Assembly (NCBI RefSeq): GCF_018350175.1
Contig: NC_058368.1
Coordinates: 20,524,001 to 20,588,000, forward strand
DNA length: 64,000 nucleotides
Reading direction: 5' to 3'
From: Felis catus
Taxonomy: Eukaryota
Shown here: one piece after another, positions 50,200-63,579 of the stretch
How positions within the stretch are numbered: the first letter of the stretch is position 1
How the letters are laid out: each line of letters starts with the position of its first letter
The notes under the pieces: generated by a model
What the model was told of the DNA's origin: nothing
The model's input: only the letters and a program-made list of their open reading frames with translations
Databases searched by the model: none
Made by a program: the position numbers and the translations under genes

Positions 50200-51375
50200 T
50201 CCATGTTAACCCTGAAACTACCTGGATGACTTTTTTGAGACACTGACACTAAGGTTGTAGTGTTTCTAACTTATCAACTTATCGACTCACTTCCCTTCCC
50301 CTCTCAGAATTCAAATGAAGAGTATCTGCTACTCATCTCTTCTTTACCCCCAGCCTGCTCCTCTCACCTGTGTCTCCAGGACGCCAACCTCACTGCAGGT
50401 CAGGGCACAACTCTACAGTCATCCTTGACTCCTCCTTCTCCTTGACTACCGCCCAACACTAGATGAGGCCGGTTTTCCCTTTCGGCGCTACTTTCTGCAG
50501 GTGCTAAGCTCAGGCCACCACCATTCCTGCCGAGACCGCTGCGGCAGCCTCCAGGGACCTGGACTTGGCTTCTCTAGCACGTTTTCCACGTTACAGCTCT
50601 GCCCTGCTCCAACTCTGCCGACACTCCACTACCACGAGGTAGATTCAGACACGTACAAGACCCTTCACCATGTGAGCCCTTGCCCTACATCCTACCCCAT
50701 TCCTTCCTTACCAACCTAAATGCATCCCGGGCATCCTATACTCTGGCTACCCTGAACCCCTTGGAGCTTCCTAAACATGACACTTTCCCATATATTGATG
50801 CCCCTGTCATGCTGCTACTCTTTGAGCTCCACTTAGAGCTCTAAGAGCACTTCAGGGATCCATTTAGAGGTCATTTCCCCCAGGAGAGCAACACGATACC
50901 CAACTTTCTGCACTCCCTACCTGCCAGGGTATGAATCTGTCCTGTGCATCCCCAGAAAACCGAGAGTTCACTTCTGTGACTCCTTGCTGTCATTGCCCTA
51001 CTTGCATTTGTCCCCAGCAGACTCAAAGCTTAGTGAGGGAAAGGATGATGTCTTATTTATAACTAGCTTAGTTGGGGCGCCTGGGTGGCTCAGTCGGTTG
51101 GGTGACCGACTTCGGCTCAGGTCACGATCTCACGTTCCGTGAGTTCGAGCCCCGCGTCGGGCTGTGGGCTGATGGCTCAGAGCCTGGAGCCTGCTTCTGC
51201 TTCTGTGTCTCCCTCTCTCTCTGCCCCTCCCCCGTTCATGCTCTGTCTCTCTCTGTCCCAAAAATAAATAAACGTTAAAAAAAAAAAATTATAACTAGCT
51301 TAGAGTCTAACCCTAGTGCTCAACATATGCTTCTTAGTTGGCCCTCAATAAACACTTCTTGATTCGGTGAAGGTA
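50200..51375 (-). mobile_element. L2 3' fragment interrupted by a SINE
   Basis: Pyrimidine-rich L2-like motifs (gtcatccttgactcctccttctcc, cagactcaaagcttagtgagggaaagga, gccctcaataaacactt). Confidence 0.65.
51074..51288 (+). mobile_element. SINEC_Fc
   Basis: TSD ttataactagcttag at 51057-51071 and 51289-51303. Confidence 0.97.
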
Positions 51376-51706
51376 TAGATTTTATGTAATTTTACAAGTG
51401 AGAAATCCAAGGCAGAAAGTAGGCAAGAAACTTAACTAAAGTCAAAGACTAGTTAAAAGAAGAACTGAGACCAAAGCCCAAGCTTCACGATTCCTGGCCC
51501 TGTAGGAGACAGGCCACTGTATTCCACTGGTTGGAATTTCACAGGCTGAACAATCCAGTAGAATAGAGGACCAGTACTGACAAGGGGAAGCAAGTCTGAA
51601 TGTCAGTCTCCCCTATGACCAAACTAGAGCAAGTATTACATTCAGTGAGACGGACACCCAGCCTTTCCAGCAGCCAAAGCCTCATTTCAAAGGCCACGTA
51701 CTATAC

Positions 51707-51821
51707 CTTTCTCTTCTGTCACATGTTGAAGTAACTTCTCAAGTTCAGGAAGTTTCAGCAACAAGATGCAATTTGGGAACATGTCATCCACCACGACTTG
51801 ATCTAGGGGCTGGAACTTGCC
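51707..51821 (-). CDS. RNASEH2B: RNase H2 subunit B, exon 5
   Basis: 115 nt, [42 protein letters not shown](E). Confidence 0.97.
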
Positions 51822-53362
51822 CTGAAAAAAGACTTTATTCGGTCAGAATGTAGGCACTCCAGTCGGCAAACTCACACATAAAAAAGAGGAAAAGATACAT
51901 CATCTTGTAACTGAACCTTTAAACTAAGTTCAAAGCCACTGGTTCCACCTAAGGAACCCCTACACTGGGACTGGTGCCAGAACGGACTCTCAGCTCCCTT
52001 CAGCAAGCTCTTGAAAGCACTGGGCTTCCAAGCAGCATACTACCCGCATCAAAGGCATAGCCACTGGATAAAACAGGGGAACAAAATTCTGAACAAAATG
52101 CGAGAAGCCACGGAAGCTTGCGAAGATGGCAGATATTACCTGGGGCCGTTCCGACCCACTGGACATGAAGAAGAACCAGCTGAGTGAGCAGAGCGGGAGT
52201 CCTGACCACCACTCGGGAATCAGCCCAGATCATGCCCGGAGCAAAGTGCTCCGCTCCCTATCCTTACTCCAGGTTGAAGAAAGAAATCCCACAGCAAGAA
52301 GAAAATTATCAAAATGAATCCACTCCTGCCAGAGCTGTCTGAAGTACTTCCGAATGCAGACCGTAATAAAAGAAAAGATGGCCGGATGCATGAGTACAGT
52401 GAAGGTGCACGCATATTAAATCAGGCTCATCTATATACGTGTATAAGGCCTGGTAGCCAATGGGCCAGAAGGCAGAACATAGGAATTCAGAACATTCTTC
52501 TTCTCAGTCAGGTTTATTTTTACTTAACTGTACAGGGGCATGGAGGGGTGAAGTCTGTCTAAATGATTAGTTCCCTGACTTAACGATACCAGACTTTATG
52601 AAAAATGTATTCTTTTGCCCGTGTCCCACTTTTAGCTCGCTATGCCTTTCTGTTTTAGTGACAACTCCATTTGAAGACAGAAAAACTGATCATCTTTCTT
52701 TCTGCAAATGCAGCTTTCTTTGGTTTTGAGATGAAATCTCATTCATTCAGCAGCACATGTGAAAGCTTGTCATACTTTCTCTTAGGTCAACAAGTGGCAA
52801 GAAGTGCCTCAATTTAAATGCTATCTTTTTCCTTCAGAGTGTAAGAATAACCCAGGGATTTTCCAAGTCTTACTTTCACTTACTTACTTAATTTTACTTT
52901 CATTCTGTGCCTTCTGAACCAGCCACAGCACACTCAGGACTTCCAAACGGCCAGGGTGAGGGTTAAGTCCGCACCCCCCGCCCGTGGTCTTAAGGGGACA
53001 CAGGGAAACATCACCACTACATAGGAGGGAGACACTTTAAATGTGCATCATTATAGGTACTAAGGCTGGTTAGTGGCTTTCTCTTAGACTTCTACCTTAA
53101 TCTATATTCCGTGATCAACCAATACCTTAAGTATTTAGCAATTTAAAAAAATATTCTAATTATATACAATGGACTGCCAACACAGTTATGATATAATAAT
53201 TTCATAATTAACTAACATTTTATTCTCATTTTCTTTACCATACATGCCCCAAAGGGAAATGTAATAGCAACTTGCTTTGAATATAAAGTTAACAACAGTT
53301 GGGACAGCTAGAAAAAAGAATTTTCCTGATGTTAAATCTCAGGATTAAAAAAGACTAGGTCT

Positions 53363-53513
53363 GGGGTGCCTGGGTGGCTCAGTCGGTTAAGCGTCTGACT
53401 CTTGATTTTGGCTCAAGTCTTGATCTCATAGTCCATGTGCTGACAGCACAGAGCCTAGTTAGAATTATCTTTCTGCCCCCACTCCCCAAAAGAAAGAAAT
53501 AAACTTAAAAAAA
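53363..53513 (+). mobile_element. Can-SINE, internally deleted
   Basis: TSD aaaaaagactaggtc at 53347-53361 and 53514-53528. Confidence 0.93.
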
Positions 53514-53539
53514 AAAAAAGACTAGGTCAACATTTTAAT

Positions 53540-53755
53540 TTTGTTTCTTTTAAGTTTATTTATTTATTTTGAAAGAGAGAGAGAGAGAGAGTACAAGCAG
53601 GGGAGGTGCACAGAGAGGGAGACAGAGAATCCCAAACAGGCTGTGTACTGTCAGCACGGAGCCCCATGCAGGGCTTGAACTCATGAACTGCAATATCACG
53701 ACCTGAGCTGAAATCAAGAGTTGGACGCTCAACCAACTGAGCCACCCCAGGCGCC
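53540..53755 (-). mobile_element. Can-SINE
   Basis: TSD tcaacatttta. Confidence 0.93.
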
Positions 53756-54599
53756 ATGCTCAACATTTTAAAAGTGCATACCGATATTTTTTTAACTAAA
53801 CAGGAAAAGACCATGTCTAAAATGCAGGGAAGGAAATACCTAAATGTCTCATGAGTTATTTTATAGGGCATTCCAAGTATTTCAGAAGAGGAAGTAAGAC
53901 GGCTTACAATGAAAGCCAAGCACCACTTTGAGCAGGATTTCTGCTTCATTCTGTGCCATTCTGAACCAGCCACAGCACACTCAGGACTCACAGATGGCCA
54001 AGGTGAGAGTTAATTCACCCCAGTCATGGTCTTAGGGAAACATCACTACAACGTGGTGGGGAGGCACTTTAAATGTGCATCATTACAGGTACTGGTTCAC
54101 GGCCTTCCCTCTGTTAATGTATCTTAGAAAGCAAATGGGAGCCAATGGAAGTTTTCAGCTTCCCCCCTGAATACTACTAGGGCCTTCGTGGTGGTGACCA
54201 GAACCATTTCTGTTTGTTAGAGATATAAGACTTACTTGCCTCACTGCTTACATGCCTTAAATAGACTGGCTCCATGATAATGAGCACCGTGAATAAAGTA
54301 AGGAATACAATTTCACTAATCCACACTAAAGGACAGAGGATGTAGGAAAGGAGGAGAACAAAAGAAGTTAAGCTGCATCAGGAGAAAGCAGGACTTGAGA
54401 AGTTTGAAATCAGTTTTATTTACTTTCAGTTTTTACGGCAAATTAAACTGACACACCTACAATATGGAAGTTTTGGAAATTTGGTCTAAGGACTAAATAA
54501 GATGAGCTATAAACATTTAAACTGTAAGTAAACACCAGGGTACGAAAATCCAGATTCTTCTGAGCAGTTTGAACAACAACTCACTCCTTAAAGTTGTTA

Positions 54600-55810
54600 A
54601 TTCACAGATTTTCAAACTGTGGTTGATAGATCCCTGGGAGTCTCCAGCATCCTTTCAGGGGGTCCGCAAATGCAAAACAATTTGCACAATAATGCTAAGA
54701 TGCTACCTGCGTTTTCACTGTGTTGACACTTGCACTGAAGATTCAAGTGCAAAGGTGGGTTAAACTGCAGGCTCCTTAGCACCAGTCATGGCCACGCCAA
54801 CAAACTGTCCCAGGAGTCCCTGTACTCCTCATGGCCATGCAGGGCAGTTAAAAAAATTTTTTTTTAAAAGCCAGTTTCACTTGAAGGATATCCTTGATCA
54901 AGGAGCAAAAGCAACTACTTTTAGTTAAACCTTGAGCCTGAGTACAAATCTTTTAAATACTCTGTGTGTTAGGGGCGCCTGGGTGGCTCAGCTGGTTGAG
55001 TGTCCCACTCTCGATCTGGGCTCAGGTCATGATCTCGCTGTTTGCGAGTTGAAGCCCCATGGCGGGCTTTGCACTGACAGTGCAGAGCCTGCTGGGGATT
55101 CCCTCTCCCTCTCCCCCCCCTCTCTCTCTCTGCCCCCACTCAGAATAAATAAATAAACTTAAATACTCTGTGTGTTAGGACAGATGCTAAAGTCCTTCTG
55201 CCACTACCCAGGCACAGTGATCACCTCAAGGAAAAGTGCTTGCGTCACTGAGTCACGAGCAAAAATAATCATTTTTTGTAGGATACCATTTTTAACTGGA
55301 AAAAAAAGGAAACGTTACAGACAATGGCTATTTAGACTTAGGTATTTGACAGAACATAAAAGAAGTGAACCTGTCACTTCAAGGAAAAGACTGACAGTGC
55401 TCATAACCAATGATACAACTTTAACTTCTAAGCAAAAATTAGAACTGTAGAAAAGTTATATCTGCCACTATGACAGCTTCCTAATAAATAATAATAATAG
55501 TTTTCTGATGAGACCAGTGGTAATATTAACAAATGTGAGAGAGAGAGGGAGAATCTATGTGTGTGTAATGAGATGTGTCAACATTTGTAAGATCTGCATA
55601 ATTCAGTGAAACAATATTTTCTAAGTGATCAATGCATGACATTACAAAGTCATACATGGGAAAAAAAATTCATTTTCAGTGCAAGACAGGCCAATTGATT
55701 TTCATGTGAACAGAGCATGAGAAGTTCATTAACAGGGTTTCAGATTCCACGTTGCAACTAACTTCTCAGAAACCTCTACTCCTTGTTGAGTTTTGGAGTA
55801 GTATCAAAGG
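54600..55810 (+). mobile_element. Charlie1-like hAT DNA transposon remnant
   Basis: ttcaaactgtggt ... cctttcagggggtccgc ... aataatgctaaga ... ttttcactgtgttgaca ... ggtttcagattccacgttgcaactaac resemble Charlie1a/b. Confidence 0.8.
54972..55159 (+). mobile_element. Can-SINE inserted in Charlie1
   Basis: TSD taaatactctgtgtgtta. Confidence 0.95.
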
Positions 55811-56069
55811 GTAGTTAATGATAAAAGTTTCACTGTCAGGCTGAGTCAAACAAGTAAGGTACATAGCACGGAGGGCTAGGCGATTCTCAGAAGACACAGG
55901 AAAACTAGTCTGAGATTAGTGCTGCTTCTCAGATCTGAGTCAGTGATCGAGTCCATACCAGCACATGTGATACAGGTGTTCTATACCAACCTGAATTAAA
56001 TTGAATCAAATGTGAATTGTGGGGAATCTACATTTGGATCATTAAAAGGAGAGAGAGAAGATCAAGCTA

Positions 56070-56204
<135 letters not shown>

Positions 56205-56297
56205 TTAAAAAGAGAACAAAGGGAATTAAATGTCTTGGAAAGACAACTTAGTTATTTCATCTTAATCCCAGTGTGGGAACCATTTACTGAAAAATAT

Positions 56298-56718
56298 ACC
56301 TGGGTGGCTCAGTCAGTTAACCTACCGACTTTGGCTCAGGTCATGATTTCATGGCTCACGAGTTCGAGCCCCACGTTGGGCTCTCTGCTGCCAGCACAGA
56401 ACCTGCTTCAGATCCTCTGGCCCCTTCTCTCTCTGCCCCTCCCCTGCTCGTGCCCTCTCTCAAAACTAAATAAACATCTAAAAAAAAAAGAAGAGGGGCG
56501 TCTGGGTGGCTCAGTCGGTTCAGCGACCGACTTCGGCTCAGGTCAGGATCTCACAGTTTGTGAGTTCGAGCCCCGTGTCAGGCTCTGTGCTGACAGCTCA
56601 GATTCTGTGTCTTCTGCTTCGGATTCTGTGTCTCCCTCTCTCTCTCTGCCCTCCCCCACTCATGCTCTGACTCTGTCTCAGAAAGAAATAAACATTAAAA
56701 AAATTTTTTTAAAAAGAA
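56298..56718 (+). mobile_element. Two tandem or nested Can-SINEs (56298 to ~56490 and 56495 to ~56710)
   Basis: Outer repeat gaaaaatata; inner repeat aaaaagaaga. Confidence 0.93.
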
Positions 56719-56908
56719 GAAAAATATATGTGAAACTCCAAATTCAGAAGTTTTTCCTCCACAAGCCCAAGATTCTACACGACTCTTTCAAAAGGCAGAA
56801 GGCGGTCCATGAGATTCTACTCTAAAAAGCTTCAAATCCGTACGTGGAGAGGACAGCCAAGACAATGAAACTGATCTTTAAATTCCTTTTGTCTTTAGAC
56901 ATCCTTTT

Positions 56909-58505
56909 GTTGTTGTTGTTTACTGAAGTATAATTCACATACAATGTTATCAGTTTCAGGTGTACAACATAATTCAACAATTCTATACATTAGTGCTCAT
57001 ACGTTATACTCAGTGCTCACCATCTGCCTCCAAATGACGTTACTGCACTCTGACTGATTATATTTCCTATGCTATACTTTCCATCTCTGTGACTTCTTTA
57101 TTTTGCAACTGGAAGTGTGTGCCTCTTAGTCCCCTTTATCTATTTCACCCATCTTCCCAGCCCATCTTCCCTCTGGTGACCACCGGTTTTTATTCTGTAT
57201 TTAAGAGTCTGTTATTTTGGTCTCTTTTATTTGTCGGTTGGTTCTGTTTCTTAAATTCCATTCATGAGTGAAATCATATGATATTTATTTTTCTCTGACT
57301 TATTTCATTTAACATTATGCCCTCTAGGTCCATCCATGTTGTTGCAAATGGCCAGATCCCATTCTTTTTTATGGCAGACTAATATCCATTGTATATAGGG
57401 GCATCTGGATGGCTCAGCTGGTTGAGCGTCTGACTCTAGATTTTGGCTCAGGTCATGATCTCATGTTCGTGAGCTCGAGCCCCACATTGGACTCTGTGCT
57501 GACAGCATGAAGCCTGGTTGGGATTCTCTCTGTCTCTCTGCCTCTCCCTTGTTTGTGCTCTCTCTCCCCAAACAAATCAAGTTAAAAAAATATTCCATTG
57601 TATATAAATATTTCTCCTCAGGCAAGGGGAACAAAAGCAAAAATAAACTACTGGGGGGTTCCTGGGTGGCTCAGTTGGTTAATCGTCCGACTTCAGCTCA
57701 GGTCATGATCTCAGAGTCCGTGAGTTCAAGACCCATGTCATCATCTGTGCTGACAGCTCAGAGCCTGGAGCCTGCTTCGGATTCTGTGCCTCCCTCTCTC
57801 TCTGCCCCTCCCTTGCTCATGCTCTGTCTCTCTCTGTCTCAAAAATAAATAAAAACATTAAAAAAAAAAACTACTGGGACTACACCAAAATAAAAAGATT
57901 TGTACAGTGAAGGAAACCATCGACCAAACAAAAAGGAAATCTCTGAATGGAAAAATATATTTGCAAATGATACATCCAATTGAGGGTTAATATCCAAAAT
58001 ACATAAAGAACTTACACAACTCAACACCAGAAAAACAATTTGATTTAAAAATGGGCAAAGACCTGAACAGACATTTTTCCAGAGAAGACATCCAGATGGT
58101 CAACAGACACATGAAAAGATGCTCAACATCACTCATCATCAGGGAAATGCAAATCAAAACCACAATGAGATATCACCTTACACCTGTCAGAATGGCTAGA
58201 ATCAAAAATACGAGAAATAACAAGTGTTGACAAGGATGCAGAGAAAAAGGAGCCATTGTGCACTACTGACAGGAATGCAAATTGGTGCAGCCATTGTGGA
58301 AAACATTATGGAGATGCTTCAAAAAAGTAAAAATAGAAGTACCATATAACCCAGTAATTCCACTACTAGGTGTTTACTCAAAGAAAATGAAAACACTAAT
58401 TTGAAAAGATACATGCACTCTGATGTTTACTGCAGCATCATTTACAACAGCCAAGGTATGGAAACAACCTAAGTGTCCACTGAAGGATGAATGAATAAAG
58501 AAGAT

Positions 58506-58548
<43 letters not shown>

Positions 58549-58552
58549 AATA
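56909..58552. mobile_element. 5'-inverted (twin-primed) carnivore L1 with two SINE insertions (57398-57590, 57653-57868) and (TG)n at 58510-58546
   Basis: L1 3' end on the minus strand (56909 to ~57610) is joined to the upstream ORF2 segment on the plus strand (~57611-58552); degenerate TSD tttagacatcctttt / tttagaaatcatttt. Confidence 0.85.
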
Positions 58553-60615
58553 TTTAGAAATCATTTTTAGCAGAAGTCCTCCCACCACCCCTAAAAAGGC
58601 AAGAATTGGGGGAAATATGGACAGAACGTGAACCAGCAAAACATTACGAAACCTGTAGAAGTCTATCTATAAAGCTGCAGTAAAATGTAATTTCCTACGC
58701 TTTTGAGGATGAGGTCATGGGCAAGCAATAGTATTCTCTCCATACATAGCTCCTTCTATGGTCTGTGGGTTCACAGCTCGGAACTTCCAATGATCGAAGG
58801 CTCAGAAGGTGGTTCCCCACCCCAGACCCAATCCTATCCACATCCTACCCTATCCTCCTACTCCTGAAGAAAAGGCAAGAGGAAAGGAATCTAACAAGAC
58901 TGAGCATAAGAAACAGGAAACTCTGCAGTAAGAGTCTAACTCTACCATCCAGGCTGAAGGGAAAAAAGGCGAATCAAACAAACTAGCCTACCTATTCCCC
59001 ACTTTTCTTTCCTCTGTCACAGCCCCCTCCAAGCATCCAAGACTCCTTCTCCCATGGGAGTAAGCCAGAAGAGGTATTTCATCAAATGGAACAATAAACA
59101 ATTCCTTTTTCTCCAATCCTTATTTTGGTTTCAGAAACACGTGTACTTACTTTTATTCCCTAGCAGAACAACCTGTCTATACAGCCAAGAAATTCTAACC
59201 CTAAATTATATATGTGAATCCATTTCATAGCAAGTAAAAGAAAAATTAAGAAAGTAATTCCATATTATATTAGTTGATTATTTTATTAAAAGTAGAAGAG
59301 AAACGTATGAAAACAAGCTGTAAGCTCATTTTATAGGAGGCATCCATGATAGTCAGAAATTAGGAACAGGTTTCTAATATCCTGGTGGCTATTCTTAAAA
59401 ATAGGTCTTTCTTCAAGGCTAAGTTCAAAAGAAGACAATGATGAAAAAAGCAGACATCTTTGCCGTGAACCTAAAACCACTCAAATAAATAAGGTCTATT
59501 AAAAAAAAAAAAGCAGGTACCAGCTCAGAGGGAGAGATGATCAATCACTGCCTCCCAATGTATCCCAATTTCATCTGGATATTACTGTGTCTATCGAGCT
59601 AAACCCAACTGCAAGTGTATTACGTTAGAAGTTAGAACTCTCATATATTGCCAAATGAATAAGCATAGCAGTGACAATAAAAGGGAATATATACTTTCCA
59701 CCTGCCAGACTATACACAGACTGCCACTGCATTTTGGCAACTGAAAGCCATTTCAGATATTCTCATGCACACAAGCATGTGAAATTTATCACCAGCAATA
59801 AACCCTTGTTCTGGAATGTCTGAGAAGAAGAAAGACAAAGTGGCTTTTCTACCTTGGCACTAAGTGGAGACATACACAGTCAACAGAAAGCAGAGGGCTT
59901 AGAAAGAAACAGAAAGCACTCTCTGGAAACAACGAGAAAATAGGCAGAGAGAACACAGAATGCCTCAACTATCCCTGACTCCCCCCAACTGCCGGAACCA
60001 TCAGAACAACATGCGGTTTACTTTTTCCTTCTGAGTCAATACTACCCCCAAATTAGAACATTAAAAGAAACAGAACTTTCTTCGGTGTTGAGTATATGTG
60101 TGTGTTGGGGGTATGTTGGGGTGGGGGCAGCAGTGATTTATATGACAAAGCATTAAAAAATCTGTTATGTTCTATCTTATTTTAGAAGCAATATCGGTAT
60201 CCATTTGCAAAGAAATAAGATGTTAAAACTTGAAAATCTTCAAAAGTGTCTAACAGAAGAGCAAAGAGTTCCCAGTCTGCGCAATGTGCAGTGAACATGA
60301 AAGATTTGTACTTTCAGTGGTAGGAAGATCCTCTAATTTCTGACTAAGCACATGTCAGTGTTTTAGGAGACAAAGCAGAGGTATTCGTTTAAATTTTCCT
60401 ACTATCTAAGACATGTAGGTATTGATTTAAACTTGCTCAAATTATCTTTCCTTTCCCCTTGATTAAGTCCTGCTCTGGTGCCAAGGAAGGCTAAGGCATG
60501 GACCAGACTCCAAACTGGGCAGACAGGCCTGTACCAACCCCCACACCCCCACCACGCATGAAGGTTGGAAAAGTTAGAGTATGTGTTTAGTTAATGGAAA
60601 CGTATACGCTAGTCA

Positions 60616-60873
<258 letters not shown>

Positions 60874-61204
60874 TTATAGCTATTATATACAGATGCTTGT
60901 TTTCCAGCTCTATAATCCTCACTGAACTTAAACCAATAAATACAAAAGTACAAGCCATTCATCTTAACTGCTACAAAGCCTCTCACTGAATCCTCCATTA
61001 GATCATGAGGGGAAGCCCATTATTAAACTACCCAAACCTAATGGTTCAGCCAGATGAACTGAGCTGGCATGTGGGTCCTTGTCAACAGTGCAGCGTGTGG
61101 CTCTGCACACAGAGGGCCCAAGAAAGGGACGGATCCTACACACCCCAGGGCCAGCTCGAAGTGAGAAAAGGCGAGGGCCCTTCAATGCATGAAATCTTTT
61201 TCTG

Positions 61205-61440
61205 ACTGCAGCACTGTCAAGGACCCTGAGTTTGAATCCGTGGGTACCACATGCTTGGCGTGTGCCGTTGAGGAAGTTATGGAAACCTTTCTGTGCCTCT
61301 GTTTCCATTCCGGTAAAACGGAAGCAATACTGAAGCTACCTCACAGGTTTTTGTAAGGGGTAGAAAGACAGAATATATGTAAAGTTCCTAAAACAGTACT
61401 CGGCACATAGTAAACGCTCAGCAAATGTTAGCCTTTATTT
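61205..61440 (+). mobile_element. MIR
   Basis: ttctgtgcctctgtttccattccggtaaaacgg ... tatgtaaagttcctaaaacagtactcggcacatagtaaacgctcagcaaatgttagc. Confidence 0.85.
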
Positions 61441-62595
61441 TTCCACAGCCAACGTAGAAGATGCAAACATTTGTTCTTCTGTTGTTTACAGACAATTTAG
61501 ACAAAATGGAAATTTTACAAGGAGCTTAGCTTTTTTTTTATATCTTTATTTTCGTTTGATTCCTTACGACCTTTACCACTACCTAAGACTTCTCTTGAAA
61601 AAAATTGCCCACCTCAGTTTAGTCTCACATCCAGTGAGGAGTGCCACATAACGTAGCTGACCGATTTCATTTTCAATTCAAATTCAATTTCATCTTGAGG
61701 AAAGAAAACTGGAGGAAGCCAGGAAATTCTGCCTCACTTGTGGCTTCTATTTGTATGTCTTTCCATCAACAATAATAACAAGGCACTACCCATTGGCTTT
61801 CCCTTGCTTTCACTATTCAATATTGTACCCACCAGCACAACGCTCTAATTTGCTAAGTATTAGGTGTCTACTCAAAGCCTTATAAAATAACTTTATAACA
61901 TAAACCTTGTAAAATAAATTAATGAAAAAACAATCCCACGTAAAGACAAATATCAATATTACAGTATATTTACGGTATACTTTAACATTTTTGCCTAAAA
62001 ATTAGAAAACAAAATGCACTGAATATAAAGTTAAACTCAAACGGCTTGCAATAAAATAGGTATCTCCGTATGCAATGCTTTTAATATAAAAAATTCGCCC
62101 CTTGACTGGGAACGAATATACTGCCTCTTGGTCAGAACAAAATAAGGAAAGTACCGCTAAAAATGAAACCACTCAAAATCTTGGCATGTCAAGCAAAAAC
62201 TTTTTTTTTTTTCACTCTGGTTGTTTATTTTACTTTACAACATAAAATTAATATAAGTGGAGGCTAATGTTGGATAACTACTCTAAGAAGAGTTGGCTTA
62301 AGAAAGCTAAAGAAAATTAGTCCGTTTTCCGAGAGAAACCAAACATGCCACTTTTTTGTCCTGCATGCATTTCTGACGAGTGAATCGTCTACAGATTTAA
62401 ATTACAACAACAACAAAAAATGTTTAGGTCAAGCTTGTTTTGACCATCCAGTAATGCCAGCTTACCTTTCAAAGCTATTAAGGAAGGACAAACATACACA
62501 GTAATAAGTATATACACTTTGGGGCAGCAGTGTTTAAAAAACATTAAAGTTACAGTTCTCGGAGGTGGTGAGGAAGAGAGAGGAGGAAAGCTTAC

Positions 62596-62667
62596 CTGAA
62601 CACGGGTTCACCAGTTTGACAAACATAAGCCCACTTTTCATCTTCTTTGAAGCATCTTTGAAATATT
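62596..62667 (-). CDS. RNASEH2B: RNase H2 subunit B, exon 2
   Basis: 72 nt; acceptor tgtttcttttcAG, donor GTaagc; (E)[23 protein letters not shown](G). Confidence 0.97.
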
Positions 62668-62709
62668 CTGAAAAGAAACAATGAGTCTGTAAGATTAAAG
62701 GGCATTTGC

Positions 62710-63250
62710 TTTGTTGCTCACCTTGTTTAGTTTACTTGGTTTTTCTTCCTTCTGTTTATATGGTTTTTCTTTGTAAAATCTTTAACTTCATTAGAGTTGG
62801 ACCTTCTGGGTCATACTTAGAGAGGCTTCTCTTCCTCAAGCTTATGTGAATCACCTGCATTTTCTCCAAACACCTTAACGTTGTATCTTCAATCTATCTG
62901 AAATATATCTGGGTGTAAGATATGGAGAGGAGATCCAGCTTTTTTTTTTTTTTTCAGTGAATTGTCCAGTTGTCCCAACACTATCTTCTGAAGGACTCAT
63001 TACTGAAACAATTCCTTTATGCTGAATGTTTAAAATACATTTATAAGTCTGTCTATGGAAATTCTATTTTGGTCCACTAATCTGTGTCTGCTTTAGCATT
63101 ATTACTTCAATATTTCAATTATTATAGCTTTAAAATGCACTTTATTACCTGTTGAAGTAAGTTCTCGTGGTATGTTTCCTCTACAATATTTTCCTGTCCA
63201 AGTTTTAATTGTGTAGATCGAAACACATAGATCATGACAATTTTATTTAT
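62710..63250 (-). mobile_element. Old L1M fragment
   Basis: Antisense L1-like: tgtccagttgtcccaacactat, tctgtctatggaaattctattttggtccactaatctg. Confidence 0.6.
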
Positions 63251-63579
63251 AACATTTCTTCCAGACGTTTTAAATGCACGTTCATAGAAGTCATTTGGAG
63301 AATCTCTCTCCAAAAGGAACAAAGGGGGGGGTTCTACTAATCGAGCAGAGCAACAACCTACCAAAGAGCAAATGGGAGAGCTTTGGGGTAAGGACTGGCA
63401 CTTCGGTGTGTTTTCTTTTCTGTGGCCCACGTTCCCTTCACCCCATTTCGGATCTTCATAAACTTAAATACAGCAAGCATGATTAGAAATCGGCTTACTC
63501 ATACATGGTTAAAATACAACTTTCTTCTTAAAATAATAGTGACACTAAATATATAAAGGTTTAAAAACCCTAATTTTGA

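Larger units (their letters stand above)
52899..54112. repeat. Diverged direct duplication of ~170-185 bp (52899-53084 and 53945-54112)
   Basis: Shared blocks ttcattctgtgcc, ttctgaaccagccacagcacactcaggact, agggaaacatcac and cactttaaatgtgcatcatta(t/c)aggtact. Confidence 0.9.

Noticed and set aside
52126..52562. Adjacent ATG-initiated ORFs on the + strand in intron 4
   Set aside because: Short, no recognisable homology, and no poly(A) tail or TSD to suggest a retrocopy.
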